Shown here one piece after another: positions 39,505 to 49,358 of a stretch of 52,612 nucleotides of DNA. The DNA comes from Promethearchaeota archaeon. GTDB lineage: Archaea; Asgardarchaeota; Lokiarchaeia; Sigyniarchaeales; SOKP01. The stretch covers positions 1 to 52,612 of the forward strand of contig JBHLLT010000020.1 of NCBI GenBank assembly GCA_048938855.1, in the 5' to 3' direction. The notes under the pieces are model-generated. The model had not been told where the DNA came from and searched no databases. It was given only the letters and a program-made list of their open reading frames with translations. Each line of letters starts with the position of its first letter. The first letter of the stretch is position 1. The translations under genes were made by a program, and so were the position numbers.

Positions 39505-40998
39505 TTGTCTGATACTGTCTTAAAAAAGCTTTTTCAAGTGTTTGTAAACAAGTTAGAATTTGATCCTGCTGATTATTTAGTCTCTAGTGAAGAGCAAGAA
39601 TTATCAAATTTTCAAAAAGGTATAATTGAGAACGCAACTTCCATTTTAAAGGATAATATAGTAGGAGAAATTAAATCTTTTGGTGGAAATTTAAAAGTAA
39701 ATGAGGAAAAATTTAAAGAACTTGAGAAGAGAGCAAATGAGGAATTGGAAAATGAAGAATACGAAGATATAAAAAAAGAATTAAAAACTTATGTTAAAAA
39801 GTTAAAAGATTTAATCGAAAAAACATGTATGGCAATAATTCCAGTAAAAGAAATGCCATGGATTGATGTCTTGTTCCGGACTATTCCTCGAATAACATTC
39901 AATAAGAAAATAGAATTTTTGGATAATTCAATTGCTTATTATGGAGAAATTAAATGTGTTCTTTCAAGATCAACAATATTTGGAAAAATTAAGAATGAAA
40001 AACCATTGTTTGCTCCAGTAATGGGACCACTTGATTTAGGCGGTTATAAACTTGATGATTCTGTTAAAGAACCTAAAAGCCATATTTATCCTTATGTAAG
40101 TGCTATCATTGATTCTTTAGATTCAACAATGACACAAAATCATCTCGCAAAATATCATGAAGGGTATCAAAGACATGGAGATCCTATATGTGATTTTTTA
40201 ATGAAAGATAGTGAATTAATGAATTCAATGGAAAGAATCACTTCTGGTATTGAATCAGAAAGAATAACATCCGATATTGCTGTTTATGGAATAGCAATAC
40301 CTCAACCTGGTGATAAAACTACTTTACTGTTAATAACGGATGAGGGTAAAGATCCAAACAAATTTTCAAGGTGTTTCGAAGGATTATTACGGTTTTCTGC
40401 AGAAAGTTGCAATGTGCCTTCTCAACAACCTCAAATTCCCGCACAAACAGCATCACAACAATCAGAAGTAGTTCGAACTGCTGGTGGTCAAGAACTTAAG
40501 ACTTGGACTGCTGAGGAACTAGCTGAACAAGCACAAAAGAGAATGGCTTCCCAGCCAGATATGCCAACTTGGACAGAAGAAGAATTGAATAAATTTGCAA
40601 CTGAGCGAGGAACTGGTTTACCTGAAGGAATGGAAGTGTGGACTGAAGAAGAGTTACAAGAATTAGCAAAAAAGAGACAGGGAGGTTTAGATATTCCAGA
40701 ATGGAAAGTAGACGAAAGTCTTAAAGAATGTGCTAAATGTGGGTATAGTTTAAGACCGGGATGGAGTCGATGCCCTGTTTGTGAAACACCAGTAGGTGTT
40801 AAACTAGAACCGGAGGAAAGTGAGAAGCCAGCTCCTGAACCAGTTAGTGAATCTAAACCTGAACCGGAGGAAAATGAGAAGCCAGCTCCTGAACTAGTTA
40901 GTGAATCTAAACCTGAACTGGATGATAAAGCAACAGAGGAGTCTACTGAAATATCAATAGATGAATCTTCAGAGGATAGTGAAGAAAAAGAAGATTAA
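39505..40998 (+). CDS. Hypothetical protein: globular N-terminal region, WTxEEL repeats, zinc ribbon, acidic tail
   Basis: WTAEEL, WTEEEL and WTEEEL; CAKC-x10-CPVC; E/P/S-rich tail. Confidence 0.75.
   Translation: MSDTVLKKLFQVFVNKLEFDPADYLVSSEEQELSNFQKGIIENATSILKDNIVGEIKSFGGNLKVNEEKFKELEKRANEELENEEYEDIKKELKTYVKKLKDLIEKTCMAIIPVKEMPWIDVLFRTIPRITFNKKIEFLDNSIAYYGEIKCVLSRSTIFGKIKNEKPLFAPVMGPLDLGGYKLDDSVKEPKSHIYPYVSAIIDSLDSTMTQNHLAKYHEGYQRHGDPICDFLMKDSELMNSMERITSGIESERITSDIAVYGIAIPQPGDKTTLLLITDEGKDPNKFSRCFEGLLRFSAESCNVPSQQPQIPAQTASQQSEVVRTAGGQELKTWTAEELAEQAQKRMASQPDMPTWTEEELNKFATERGTGLPEGMEVWTEEELQELAKKRQGGLDIPEWKVDESLKECAKCGYSLRPGWSRCPVCETPVGVKLEPEESEKPAPEPVSESKPEPEENEKPAPELVSESKPELDDKATEESTEISIDESSEDSEEKED
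40807..40914 (+). repeat. Tandem direct repeat, 2 x 54 bp, in-frame (18 aa)
   Basis: gaaccggaggaaa(g/a)tgagaagccagctcctgaac(c/t)agttagtgaatctaaacct at 40807-40860 and 40861-40914, with 2 mismatches. Confidence 0.95.
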
Positions 40999-41178
40999 TA
41001 ATAATTTAAAGGCTTTTTATAGATTTATTTTAAGTTTCTCTTTTAAATCAAAAGAGCGATTTGCTATTATAAATTAAACCAAAAACTTTAAAAGGATTTG
41101 AAATCGACAAGATTCCAAACGTTTTTTAAGTTTTTTTTATTTTCAACCATATAGGAATTAAGATTTCTGGAATTATAA

Positions 41179-42177
41179 TTGCTACATAATATCTTTTTAT
41201 TTAAAGGAAATAAAATTCGAGATTTAGAAGATCTTAATATCTATAGTTATCCTAATGAAATTATTAACATTAATGATAAAATACTCGTTAATAATATCAT
41301 AAAAGAACACGAGAAAGAATGCTATTGTCAAGAATCAAATGAGAAAAAGTATGCGATTAGTGAGCCTGTTGCTCAATTTCTCAATGATTTAAATCTGTAT
41401 TCTTGCTGTATTAATAGTAGAATTATAATAGGTTTAATTTTTGATAATGAAGATAATCCTTATGATTATAAGGAAATATTTGAAGAATTATTGGGTGAAC
41501 TTTTAAATAATGGTAATGGATACTCCTTCGATGATGATATAGAAGTCGATAATTTATTAATTTCAATGTTTATTGATATTCGACGGTTTGGTGATGAGGT
41601 GATAGAAAAACCTTATGAATTTGATTATTATTTTCAAAGGGAAACATTTTTCAAGGTTTTTTTATTTGGAATCGATGAAGTGGGTAAATCTAGTTTGGTT
41701 AGAAAGTTGAAGACAGGGGAATTTAATGAGAATTATTTCACACCAACAAGAAAATTTAACATTGAATATATTCCAGTAGAAGAAGAAGGATTATTGGCAG
41801 TCTGGGATATGCCTGGACAGAAATCCTTTCGACCAAAATGGTTAATAGGGCTTCAAGATTCTAATATTATTATTTATATGGTTGATATTGCTAATCAGAG
41901 GAGATTTGAAGAATCAAAAAGTGAATTCTGGAATGTCCTAAATAATGAAGAGTTAAGAGGTATTCCATTACTTATCTTAGGCAATAAAATCGATTTAATT
42001 AGGAGCTCTAAAGAAAATCATGACAATCAAATTTACAATTTAGAGAAAGAACTTTTTAACTTTTATAATTTCAAAAATATTAAAAAGAGAAAGTGGAAAT
42101 TTATATTTACTTCAGTTAAAACTAATTATAACATAGATTCTATCATTCCAGAGATTTTCGATTTACTATCTTCTTAA
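41179..42177 (+). CDS. Arf-like small GTPase with an N-terminal extra (longin-like?) domain
   Basis: G1 GIDEVGKS, G2 PT, G3 WDMPGQ, G4 NKID, G5 TSVK, and RGIPLLILGNK. About 150 aa of N-terminal alpha/beta domain. Confidence 0.85.
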   Translation: MLHNIFLFKGNKIRDLEDLNIYSYPNEIININDKILVNNIIKEHEKECYCQESNEKKYAISEPVAQFLNDLNLYSCCINSRIIIGLIFDNEDNPYDYKEIFEELLGELLNNGNGYSFDDDIEVDNLLISMFIDIRRFGDEVIEKPYEFDYYFQRETFFKVFLFGIDEVGKSSLVRKLKTGEFNENYFTPTRKFNIEYIPVEEEGLLAVWDMPGQKSFRPKWLIGLQDSNIIIYMVDIANQRRFEESKSEFWNVLNNEELRGIPLLILGNKIDLIRSSKENHDNQIYNLEKELFNFYNFKNIKKRKWKFIFTSVKTNYNIDSIIPEIFDLLSS

Positions 42178-42340
42178 TTTTTTATTGTTAAACAGATATT
42201 GACTAAAAATAACGTATCCTTGAGGAAATATCTGGAATTCATGTAGTAAACATTAAATTTAAATACCTAGCCATTTAAATTTCTATTATATGAAATAAAA
42301 ACTGAATAATTTTCTTTTCACTATAACTTAGGGAGATTAT

Positions 42341-42928
42341 ATGTCTAAAAGACTCAAAAAAGAATTACAAATTATGATTGACGAGAAAACAGGTCAATTA
42401 TATTTTGGTGATGAGAAGAAAGATTTACGCTTGCTAATGCTAAGGCCAATTGATTTAATTGAATTTTCAGAATTTGCAGGCACAAACGCTGATGACATTT
42501 TGGTCTGGGTTGGTAAGACTATTGGACGTGACTATGTTGATAAATTTTTCTATAATAAGGATTGGAGTACTGAAAGTATAGTTACAAGAAAAGAAGTCGT
42601 TCTTGGAAACCTTGAAGCCTTAGAACTCATGGGCTTTGGAGAAATCAACGGAGTATTTAGAAAAGACCATATCTTAATATTCGTTGCAGATTCATTAGCC
42701 TCGGAGGAAAAAGATAATATTATGGCAAAAAACTTGTGTTTACTCTATCAAGGACTCTTTAGTGGTATGTTTGAAGCTCTAAAATTCGACGTTGATGCAG
42801 AAGAAATTGAGTGTGTACTTTTAGGGAGTGAAAGATGTGTGTTCAAATTTGATTTAATGGGAGAACAGTTTGATGATGACTTGGTTGATTCTGAGGAAAG
42901 TGTGTCTGAATTTCTAGCTACCCTTTAA
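42341..42928 (+). CDS. V4R-domain protein (Bet3/TRAPP-related fold)
   Basis: LVWVGKTIG, MGFGEI, and C....G...G....EEIECVLLGSERCVF, the V4R Cys pattern. Confidence 0.8.
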   Translation: MSKRLKKELQIMIDEKTGQLYFGDEKKDLRLLMLRPIDLIEFSEFAGTNADDILVWVGKTIGRDYVDKFFYNKDWSTESIVTRKEVVLGNLEALELMGFGEINGVFRKDHILIFVADSLASEEKDNIMAKNLCLLYQGLFSGMFEALKFDVDAEEIECVLLGSERCVFKFDLMGEQFDDDLVDSEESVSEFLATL

Positions 42929-42942
42929 AATAAATACTACAA

Positions 42943-43827
42943 TTATTGCTTTTTTTTCGGACACCAAGGAATTAATCTAGAAACTCTTTTTTTATAATTA
43001 AGATAATCAGGTTTTCTTAATAGGTTCCTCTGTTCCATTAATGGTATACTTATTGCATTGAATAGAATCGTTATAGAAATAGGGCCAATAATAGCCCAAT
43101 AAAATGATATATTTGCTGATAATCCAAAGAGAAACAAACCCCACCAGAATAGGATTTCACCAAAATAATTGGGATGCCTTGAATATGCCCATAATCCTTT
43201 TGTAATAATTTCATGAGGACCTTCACGATTTTGAACAAAATTATATAATTGCTGGTCTGCAATAGCTTCAAAAAGAATAGCAATTATGGTTACAACTATG
43301 GCTAATATATCAAGAACTCCAAATAATGCTCCTTCTAAAGAAAGTATGGGATATAATGAAATTGATCCCAAGTACACTAAAATAGTTGGCATTAATTGTA
43401 AGCCTATAAGATTAATAACCCAAAAGTTTCTGCCCAATTTTTGTCTATAATTTACGTATCTCCAGTCTTCATGCCTTAATCCTTTCCATTGCCTTAGCCA
43501 ATTGAAAGTTAATCGAATTGACCAAATAAATATAAAAATTGATACAATAATACTTCTTATATTCCCATAATTGCTTGTTAACGGGAAAATTAAATAATAA
43601 AACGTTATAATTAGTGGTGCTACGCTCCAATAAGGATCATAGAAACTTGTATTTTTAAAAATTGAACTAATTACAAAAATGACAAGCGTAGCTGCTAAAT
43701 CAGCTAATAAAATCATTATTAATGGATGTAAAAATCGGAAGATCACCCCAACTATTACTGCTATAAAAAATGCAATAACATAAGAGACTAAACAATAAAC
43801 ATACCCTTTAAGTTTCTCTTTTCTCAT
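42943..43827 (-). CDS. DUF1295 / steroid 5-alpha-reductase-like membrane protein
   Basis: N.SFYDPYWS, WSIRL, EDWRY, EAIADQQL, GLWAYSRHPNYFGE..FWWG and Y..Y..RVS.LIP. Confidence 0.9.
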   Translation of the reverse strand: MRKEKLKGYVYCLVSYVIAFFIAVIVGVIFRFLHPLIMILLADLAATLVIFVISSIFKNTSFYDPYWSVAPLIITFYYLIFPLTSNYGNIRSIIVSIFIFIWSIRLTFNWLRQWKGLRHEDWRYVNYRQKLGRNFWVINLIGLQLMPTILVYLGSISLYPILSLEGALFGVLDILAIVVTIIAILFEAIADQQLYNFVQNREGPHEIITKGLWAYSRHPNYFGEILFWWGLFLFGLSANISFYWAIIGPISITILFNAISIPLMEQRNLLRKPDYLNYKKRVSRLIPWCPKKKQ

Positions 43828-44061
43828 ATTTTATTATATTAATAGTTTAAAGCTAATAAATAAAGATAATTAGAATGATGATTTTAGTTTTAGTATGAAA
43901 TTTCACACTAATTATCCATAAATAAGTTGATTATATCGATTTTAAAACTTAATCAATAGCTTTTATTTTCAGTGTTTAATTGTAACAATTATAATTAAAA
44001 TTATTTAAATTTCAAAATCAAACAAATCATTATTTTAGAATAAAACATAAGTGAATTATTT

Positions 44062-46410
44062 ATGGAAAAGAGAGGAGCAAAAGTTAAAATAGATGAGTAC
44101 AAGGGACCTTTCGGAACGATTAAAGGATTTGAATTGACGACTGGGAAAATATCTTACGGGGATGAAACTGAATGGGAACCTATGGGACCTCATCCAGCAC
44201 CTCATTTGAGAGATTTGAGATCTTGGTTTTTCAAACTCATGGAAAGATATCGCCCCTTTTATATGCCCATATGCGATATGTGTTGTCTGTGCACATACGG
44301 CAAATGTAATCTTTCCAAAGGGCGAACAGGGGCTTGTGGTATAAATATGGAAACCCAGCAAGCAAGAATCGTAGAAATCGCTTGCTGTATCGGTGCGGCA
44401 TGCCATTCAGCGCATGGTGATCATTTGCTGCATTGGTTAAAAGAGAAATATGGTAATGTTCCAATTAATTTTGGGAACAACATCGCAGTCGAAATGCCAC
44501 ATACTAGGTTAGTCATTGGTATGAAGCCAGAGAGTTTAGAAGATCTTGAATCTGCGATGGAGTGGGTTCATTATACGCTTACTCAATTATTAGCAGCTGG
44601 ACATACTGGTCAAGAATCCAGCTATCTTGATTATGAAGCTAAAAGCTTTTTAGCTGGATTATGTGATTCAGTCGGAATGGAAATTTCAGATGCCGTCCAA
44701 ATAGCAGCTTATGGTATGCCAGTAGGAGATCCAGATGTTCCTATAGTGGAATTGGGAATGGGGACATTAGATACCGAAAATAAAGCAACAGTTTTAATGA
44801 TTGGACATAATGTAGCACCTGGAGTTGAAATAGTAGATTATATTAGAGAAAAGGGTTATGATGATAAAGTTGATGTGGGAGCAATTTGCTGTACTGCTCA
44901 CGATCTTACTCGTTATTATAGTGGAGCAAAAATTATTGGATCTTATTCAAGACAATTACACTATATCCGCTCTGGTTTAGCTGATGTAGTTATGGTTGAT
45001 GAGCAATGTGTTAATTTAAGAACTTATCAAGAAGCAAAAGCAGTAGGAGCTCCATATATAACTACTAATGAGAAGATAATGGGTGGATTTCCAGATAGAA
45101 CTGATGATCCAACGATGGAGATCGTAGATGATTTAGTTAGTGGAAAGATGGATGGTGTTCTAATTTTAGATCCAATAAAAGCTGGTGAAGTTGCGGCAGA
45201 GACTGCAATTAAAATCAAACCTATCCGAAAAGGCAAAAGTGGAGTTCCAGATGAAAAGGGATGTCAAGATATGGCAATGAGATGTAATGGTTGTGGAAAT
45301 TGTCAAAGAAATTGCCCAAACGATCTACCTCTTGTAGAGGGTGTTAAATTAGCAAAGGATGCAGATTTCTCAGTTTTAGAGAGTATATTCAGTGATTGCT
45401 TAGGATGTGGTAGATGTGAATCTGATTGTATGAAGAATGTTTCACCTTTGACATTAATTCAATATGCAGGTCGTGAATATATTAAAACAGAGAGATATAA
45501 TTGCCGAGCTGGGAGAGGTCCGATTCAGGACACAGAAATAAGAAATGTTGGTGCTCCTATTGTATTAGGAGAAATTCCTGGAATTGTTGCCATTATTGGA
45601 TGTGGTAATTATGCTCATGAAATCCAAGAATTATATAAAATGGCAGAAGAATTTCTTGTGAGAAACTATATCGTTGTGGTTTCTGGATGTGGGGCAATGG
45701 ACATTGGTCTTGTAAAAGATGAAGAGGGTAAAACTTTATATGATCGTTTTCCTGGTGATTTCGACCGAGGAGGTCTAGTTAATGTTGGTTCATGTGTTGC
45801 GAATCCTCATATTACGGGAGCAGCAATTAAAGTGGCTAATATTTTTGCAAGGCGTCCACTAAGAGGTAATTTTGAAGAAATTGCAGATTATATTTTAAAT
45901 AGAGTTGGTGCTGTCGGTGTGGCTTGGGGTGCAATGTCACAAAAAGCTGCAAGTATCGCTAGTATGGCAAATGGATTAGGAGTTCCGGCAGTTGTAGGAC
46001 CTCACGCTGCTGAATATCGAAGAATGTACATAGGGCGATCTTATGATGAAGATACATGGAAGCTATTTAATGCAAGAGATGGGACAGCAGATCACTTAGT
46101 TGGTCCTGGTCCTGAACATTTACTAACTACAGCAGAAAGTATTGAACAAGCTATCTGTTTAGTCGCCAAATTAGCTTTAAGACCCGCAGATAACTCTAAG
46201 GGCCGCATGATAAAATTATCTCATTGGATTGATCTTGAACGCAAATATAAGGGAGTTAAATTTCCAAACGATTTAGAAAAATTTGTTCGACTTGAAGCAG
46301 ATATCCCAATTAATATGAAAGATGAAATTCAAGAATATCTTAAAGAAAAAGGTTGGAAACCAAAAGAAATAGTGGATCCAACACTTCTCAAAAGAATGTG
46401 TCGAACATAA
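44062..46410 (+). CDS. cdhA: CO dehydrogenase/acetyl-CoA synthase complex subunit alpha
   Basis: CDMCCLCTYGKC, GACG, GAACHSAH, IGHNV, ICCTAHD, DEQC, two CxxCxxCxxxC ferredoxin motifs, SGC, GSCV.N.H and WGAMSQKA. Confidence 0.96.
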   Translation: MEKRGAKVKIDEYKGPFGTIKGFELTTGKISYGDETEWEPMGPHPAPHLRDLRSWFFKLMERYRPFYMPICDMCCLCTYGKCNLSKGRTGACGINMETQQARIVEIACCIGAACHSAHGDHLLHWLKEKYGNVPINFGNNIAVEMPHTRLVIGMKPESLEDLESAMEWVHYTLTQLLAAGHTGQESSYLDYEAKSFLAGLCDSVGMEISDAVQIAAYGMPVGDPDVPIVELGMGTLDTENKATVLMIGHNVAPGVEIVDYIREKGYDDKVDVGAICCTAHDLTRYYSGAKIIGSYSRQLHYIRSGLADVVMVDEQCVNLRTYQEAKAVGAPYITTNEKIMGGFPDRTDDPTMEIVDDLVSGKMDGVLILDPIKAGEVAAETAIKIKPIRKGKSGVPDEKGCQDMAMRCNGCGNCQRNCPNDLPLVEGVKLAKDADFSVLESIFSDCLGCGRCESDCMKNVSPLTLIQYAGREYIKTERYNCRAGRGPIQDTEIRNVGAPIVLGEIPGIVAIIGCGNYAHEIQELYKMAEEFLVRNYIVVVSGCGAMDIGLVKDEEGKTLYDRFPGDFDRGGLVNVGSCVANPHITGAAIKVANIFARRPLRGNFEEIADYILNRVGAVGVAWGAMSQKAASIASMANGLGVPAVVGPHAAEYRRMYIGRSYDEDTWKLFNARDGTADHLVGPGPEHLLTTAESIEQAICLVAKLALRPADNSKGRMIKLSHWIDLERKYKGVKFPNDLEKFVRLEADIPINMKDEIQEYLKEKGWKPKEIVDPTLLKRMCRT

Positions 46411-46420
46411 ATTCATACAT

Positions 46421-46452
46421 CTTTTTTATTTTTCTTTTTTATAACTTTTTTT
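46421..46452 (+). terminator. T-rich archaeal-type terminator after cdhA
   Basis: Consecutive oligo-T tracts just after the stop, in a convergent intergenic gap. Confidence 0.45.
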
Positions 46453-46469
46453 AAATAGATTAGATCTTT

Positions 46470-47729
46470 TTAATCATCTATTTTTGGTGCCAGCCAGGCA
46501 ATTCTATATAAACTATCGTCTGAAATTAATTCCTCTAGCACATTTTGACTAATTTGATTATAAAAAACAGGTTCTAAGAACTTTAACTTTTCTGAATAAG
46601 GTTTTATCAAATTTTTCTGGACGAGGGTATCATTTTTAATAAGTTTAGCTAATTTGGTATGAGCATAAACTCGTAAGTAAGAATCAACACTTATTGTAGT
46701 TGGGCGATGGATCTTAAAAAAATTGATCATATTTTTAACAGAATTTAGCTTTTCATGTGGGTAACCAACCAATAAATCAATTGCTAACTCTATCGCATAT
46801 TCTTTACAATACTTAATAATATTCTCTAAGTCATCATATGAATAGTCATTTAATTTTTGAATTCTTGTATCACTGGTAACATTAATAGATATTCTATAAG
46901 CATTAGCTTCATGAAGTAATCTAAACAATTCTTTATTATAAGGATAAGGTTTCATAAAAAGCTTCCACTTTATAGGAAGATTTGCCTCGATCAATGTTTT
47001 GCAAAACTCGATTGGAAAGTTCAAATCTGAATTAAACTCATTATCGCATAACTGAAAGTGATTATAACCCTGATTGACCAAAAATTTTAACTCTTCTATA
47101 ATATTTTGGATTTGGTTATACCAAATTCGTGTGTCAGCATTAATGCAGAAAGGACATCGTCCTAAACATCCCTTATGCGTTTCAAAACCAATAGCATCAT
47201 TGAAAGATAGATACTTAACATAATCAAACTTTTTTCCACGTAAATGAATCAACTTGATATCAGGATAATATTGCCAGCCATCAAAAATTTTACCTTTTAA
47301 TTGTCCAGACTGTAATAATTCTACAAAATGTGGAAAAACCCCCTCACCGGGCCCTAAAATTCCGTAATCCCCATTAAGATAATCCAAGATTTCATATGGC
47401 ATAGCAGAAAATCCTGAGCCACCAAGAACCACAGGAATATTACGTTTTTTAACACAATCGACTAATGGCTTAATCGAAGGCAAAAAAAACTCATTGTTGA
47501 AATAACCTAAAGAATCTATGTTACGGATTGAGAAACCCACAAGATTGTAAGATGTTATATCTAGGGTTTTAGTTAAAATTTCTATCGGAGATTCATTAAA
47601 ACATAAATCTAATACATCAACATCATAATTATGTAGCTCTAATGCAGTATTAAGATATTCTAATCCAATGGGAATTATTGGTGGATTTTTAAATCTATTT
47701 GGATTTACTAATAATATACTAAATCCCAT
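46470..47729 (-). CDS. B12-binding-domain radical SAM protein
   Basis: N-terminal LLVNP...PIGLEYL...DL, GFSIRNID and VLGGSGFS. Radical SAM motif CLGRCPFC, then DNEFN and LVGYP.E. Confidence 0.88.
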   Translation of the reverse strand: MGFSILLVNPNRFKNPPIIPIGLEYLNTALELHNYDVDVLDLCFNESPIEILTKTLDITSYNLVGFSIRNIDSLGYFNNEFFLPSIKPLVDCVKKRNIPVVLGGSGFSAMPYEILDYLNGDYGILGPGEGVFPHFVELLQSGQLKGKIFDGWQYYPDIKLIHLRGKKFDYVKYLSFNDAIGFETHKGCLGRCPFCINADTRIWYNQIQNIIEELKFLVNQGYNHFQLCDNEFNSDLNFPIEFCKTLIEANLPIKWKLFMKPYPYNKELFRLLHEANAYRISINVTSDTRIQKLNDYSYDDLENIIKYCKEYAIELAIDLLVGYPHEKLNSVKNMINFFKIHRPTTISVDSYLRVYAHTKLAKLIKNDTLVQKNLIKPYSEKLKFLEPVFYNQISQNVLEELISDDSLYRIAWLAPKIDD

Positions 47730-47867
47730 ATTTCTTCATTTTTAATAAATTACTTATTTTATTATAAATGAAATACACTTATAATCTATATGAAAATTTA
47801 AAAAATATATCTATGTATTTTGAGTTTAAAAGACATTCCAAATTGATAATAAAAGAAGTGAAATAAA

Positions 47868-48086
47868 TTGGATAAACAAGATAAAGATATTTTAAAATTG
47901 ACAAAATTATGCAAACATTGGGCCGATCATAATGAGTCACACAAAGAAGGTTTCTTAAAATGGCAGATTATAGCTCAGGAAAAAGGATTAGAATCGGTCG
48001 TTGAGAACTTAAAAGGGGCAATTGATATGTTAGATAAATGTAATGAATTTTTGCTAGCAGCAAATAAGGAATTAGAATCACTATAA
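47868..48086 (+). CDS. Small helical protein with an HWxxHNxxH motif (putative metal-binding)
   Basis: KLCKHWADHNESHKEGFLKW. TTG start after GAAGTGA. Confidence 0.65.
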   Translation: MDKQDKDILKLTKLCKHWADHNESHKEGFLKWQIIAQEKGLESVVENLKGAIDMLDKCNEFLLAANKELESL

Positions 48087-48149
48087 ATACTTTCTACATA
48101 ATTCAAAAAAAAAATTTAAACCAAAAAAATGTAATAGCTTTTAAAAGGT

Positions 48150-49358
48150 TTATAAGAATAGATTGATCAGTGGAAGCAACTGTTCTTTAAAGTAATCTAT
48201 TTTTCCTTCTAACAATTCTGGATTTTGAGAAAGCATCCATAAATATACCGGGATTTGCAACTCTGAGTACTCAAATAATTTTTCTCCACAAATTGTAAAG
48301 CCATTTAGAGGTAATTCTAGTTTTATTGATTTTTCTCTAATTAATCCAATTGAATTATAAAAATTTGAAAGAGTTTGAAGTAATAGTGCCGTATTATTTA
48401 CGAGCATTTCATCTGTATCTGAACCTGTGTAACTCCCGAAAATTAACCCATCCATTGATACTAGGCTTGATGCTTTTGCTTCTATTTGATGAGAAAACTC
48501 TTCCAGGATATGTTGGATAACTTCAGAAGTATCAGAAACCTTCTTTAGGGCTACACTAAACATTTGCATTATAGTCTCTCGTTGAAACACAGTCGTATCA
48601 CAGTAATCGACCTTAAAATCTTCATAATCTGCGACAATACTATTAAATTTGTTTTTTATACTCGTAACATTTTGTTGCCATTGTAAGGTTTTACGTACAT
48701 CTTGATCACTCTTGCTTAATACAACCAAGACTTCTGGTTTCTCATGTAAATCTTTTAAAACTTTTAAGACTTCACGAAAATAATTGGCAGCTTCTGGAAA
48801 TCTGTCTGGATCTTGAGTATCAACAACATACAAAAGAATATCTGCTTCTGTAAAAAAAAGTTCAGGCCTATTAAAATAAAGTTTTTCTCTGTATTGAACC
48901 TGGCCCCCTAGGTCCCATGAAATTACCGGATATCCGAAAAAGTCTAATTTTTCTCTTTTTACACCTCTTGTAGGTAATAGAGATTTTATGATGGAGAATT
49001 TCTCTTGCACTACAGCCAAAATAGAGGTTTTTCCGCCATTGTCAAGCCCTATAAGAAGTAATTTTTTATGTCTACGAAGTTGTTCCTGTACATTCTTTTG
49101 GATAACTTGAGCAATTTTAACCCATTTGAGTAGCATATTTGGTAGGATATCTTTTATTTCAGGTAGATTTGAGGCAGAAAGATTGGCTAAATCATCAATT
49201 GTCTTTATTCCTTCATTAAATAGGTGGTCCGAACTAATTTTATCAACACCTATAAGTGTTTCTGGTTTGAATCTTAAAACCTCATCAATTTCATTTATTA
49301 GGACATTTCGTTTAAAGAAATCTTTAACTGCTACACTCTTACTATTATTATCTGACAT
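48150..49358 (-). CDS. HhH - Arf/Rag-like small GTPase - roadblock-like fusion protein
   Basis: N-terminal LIGVD...L...GIKTIDDLA (HhH). G1 GLDNGGKTS, G2 PTRG, G3 WDLGGQ, G4 SKSD. C-terminal ASSLVSMDGLIFGSY (roadblock-like). Confidence 0.8.
   Translation of the reverse strand: MSDNNSKSVAVKDFFKRNVLINEIDEVLRFKPETLIGVDKISSDHLFNEGIKTIDDLANLSASNLPEIKDILPNMLLKWVKIAQVIQKNVQEQLRRHKKLLLIGLDNGGKTSILAVVQEKFSIIKSLLPTRGVKREKLDFFGYPVISWDLGGQVQYREKLYFNRPELFFTEADILLYVVDTQDPDRFPEAANYFREVLKVLKDLHEKPEVLVVLSKSDQDVRKTLQWQQNVTSIKNKFNSIVADYEDFKVDYCDTTVFQRETIMQMFSVALKKVSDTSEVIQHILEEFSHQIEAKASSLVSMDGLIFGSYTGSDTDEMLVNNTALLLQTLSNFYNSIGLIREKSIKLELPLNGFTICGEKLFEYSELQIPVYLWMLSQNPELLEGKIDYFKEQLLPLINLFL

Noticed and set aside
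40495-40710. True Myb/SANT DNA-binding domain
   Set aside because: Each roughly 22-aa unit restarts with WTxEE and lacks the helix-turn-helix part of a roughly 50-aa Myb repeat.
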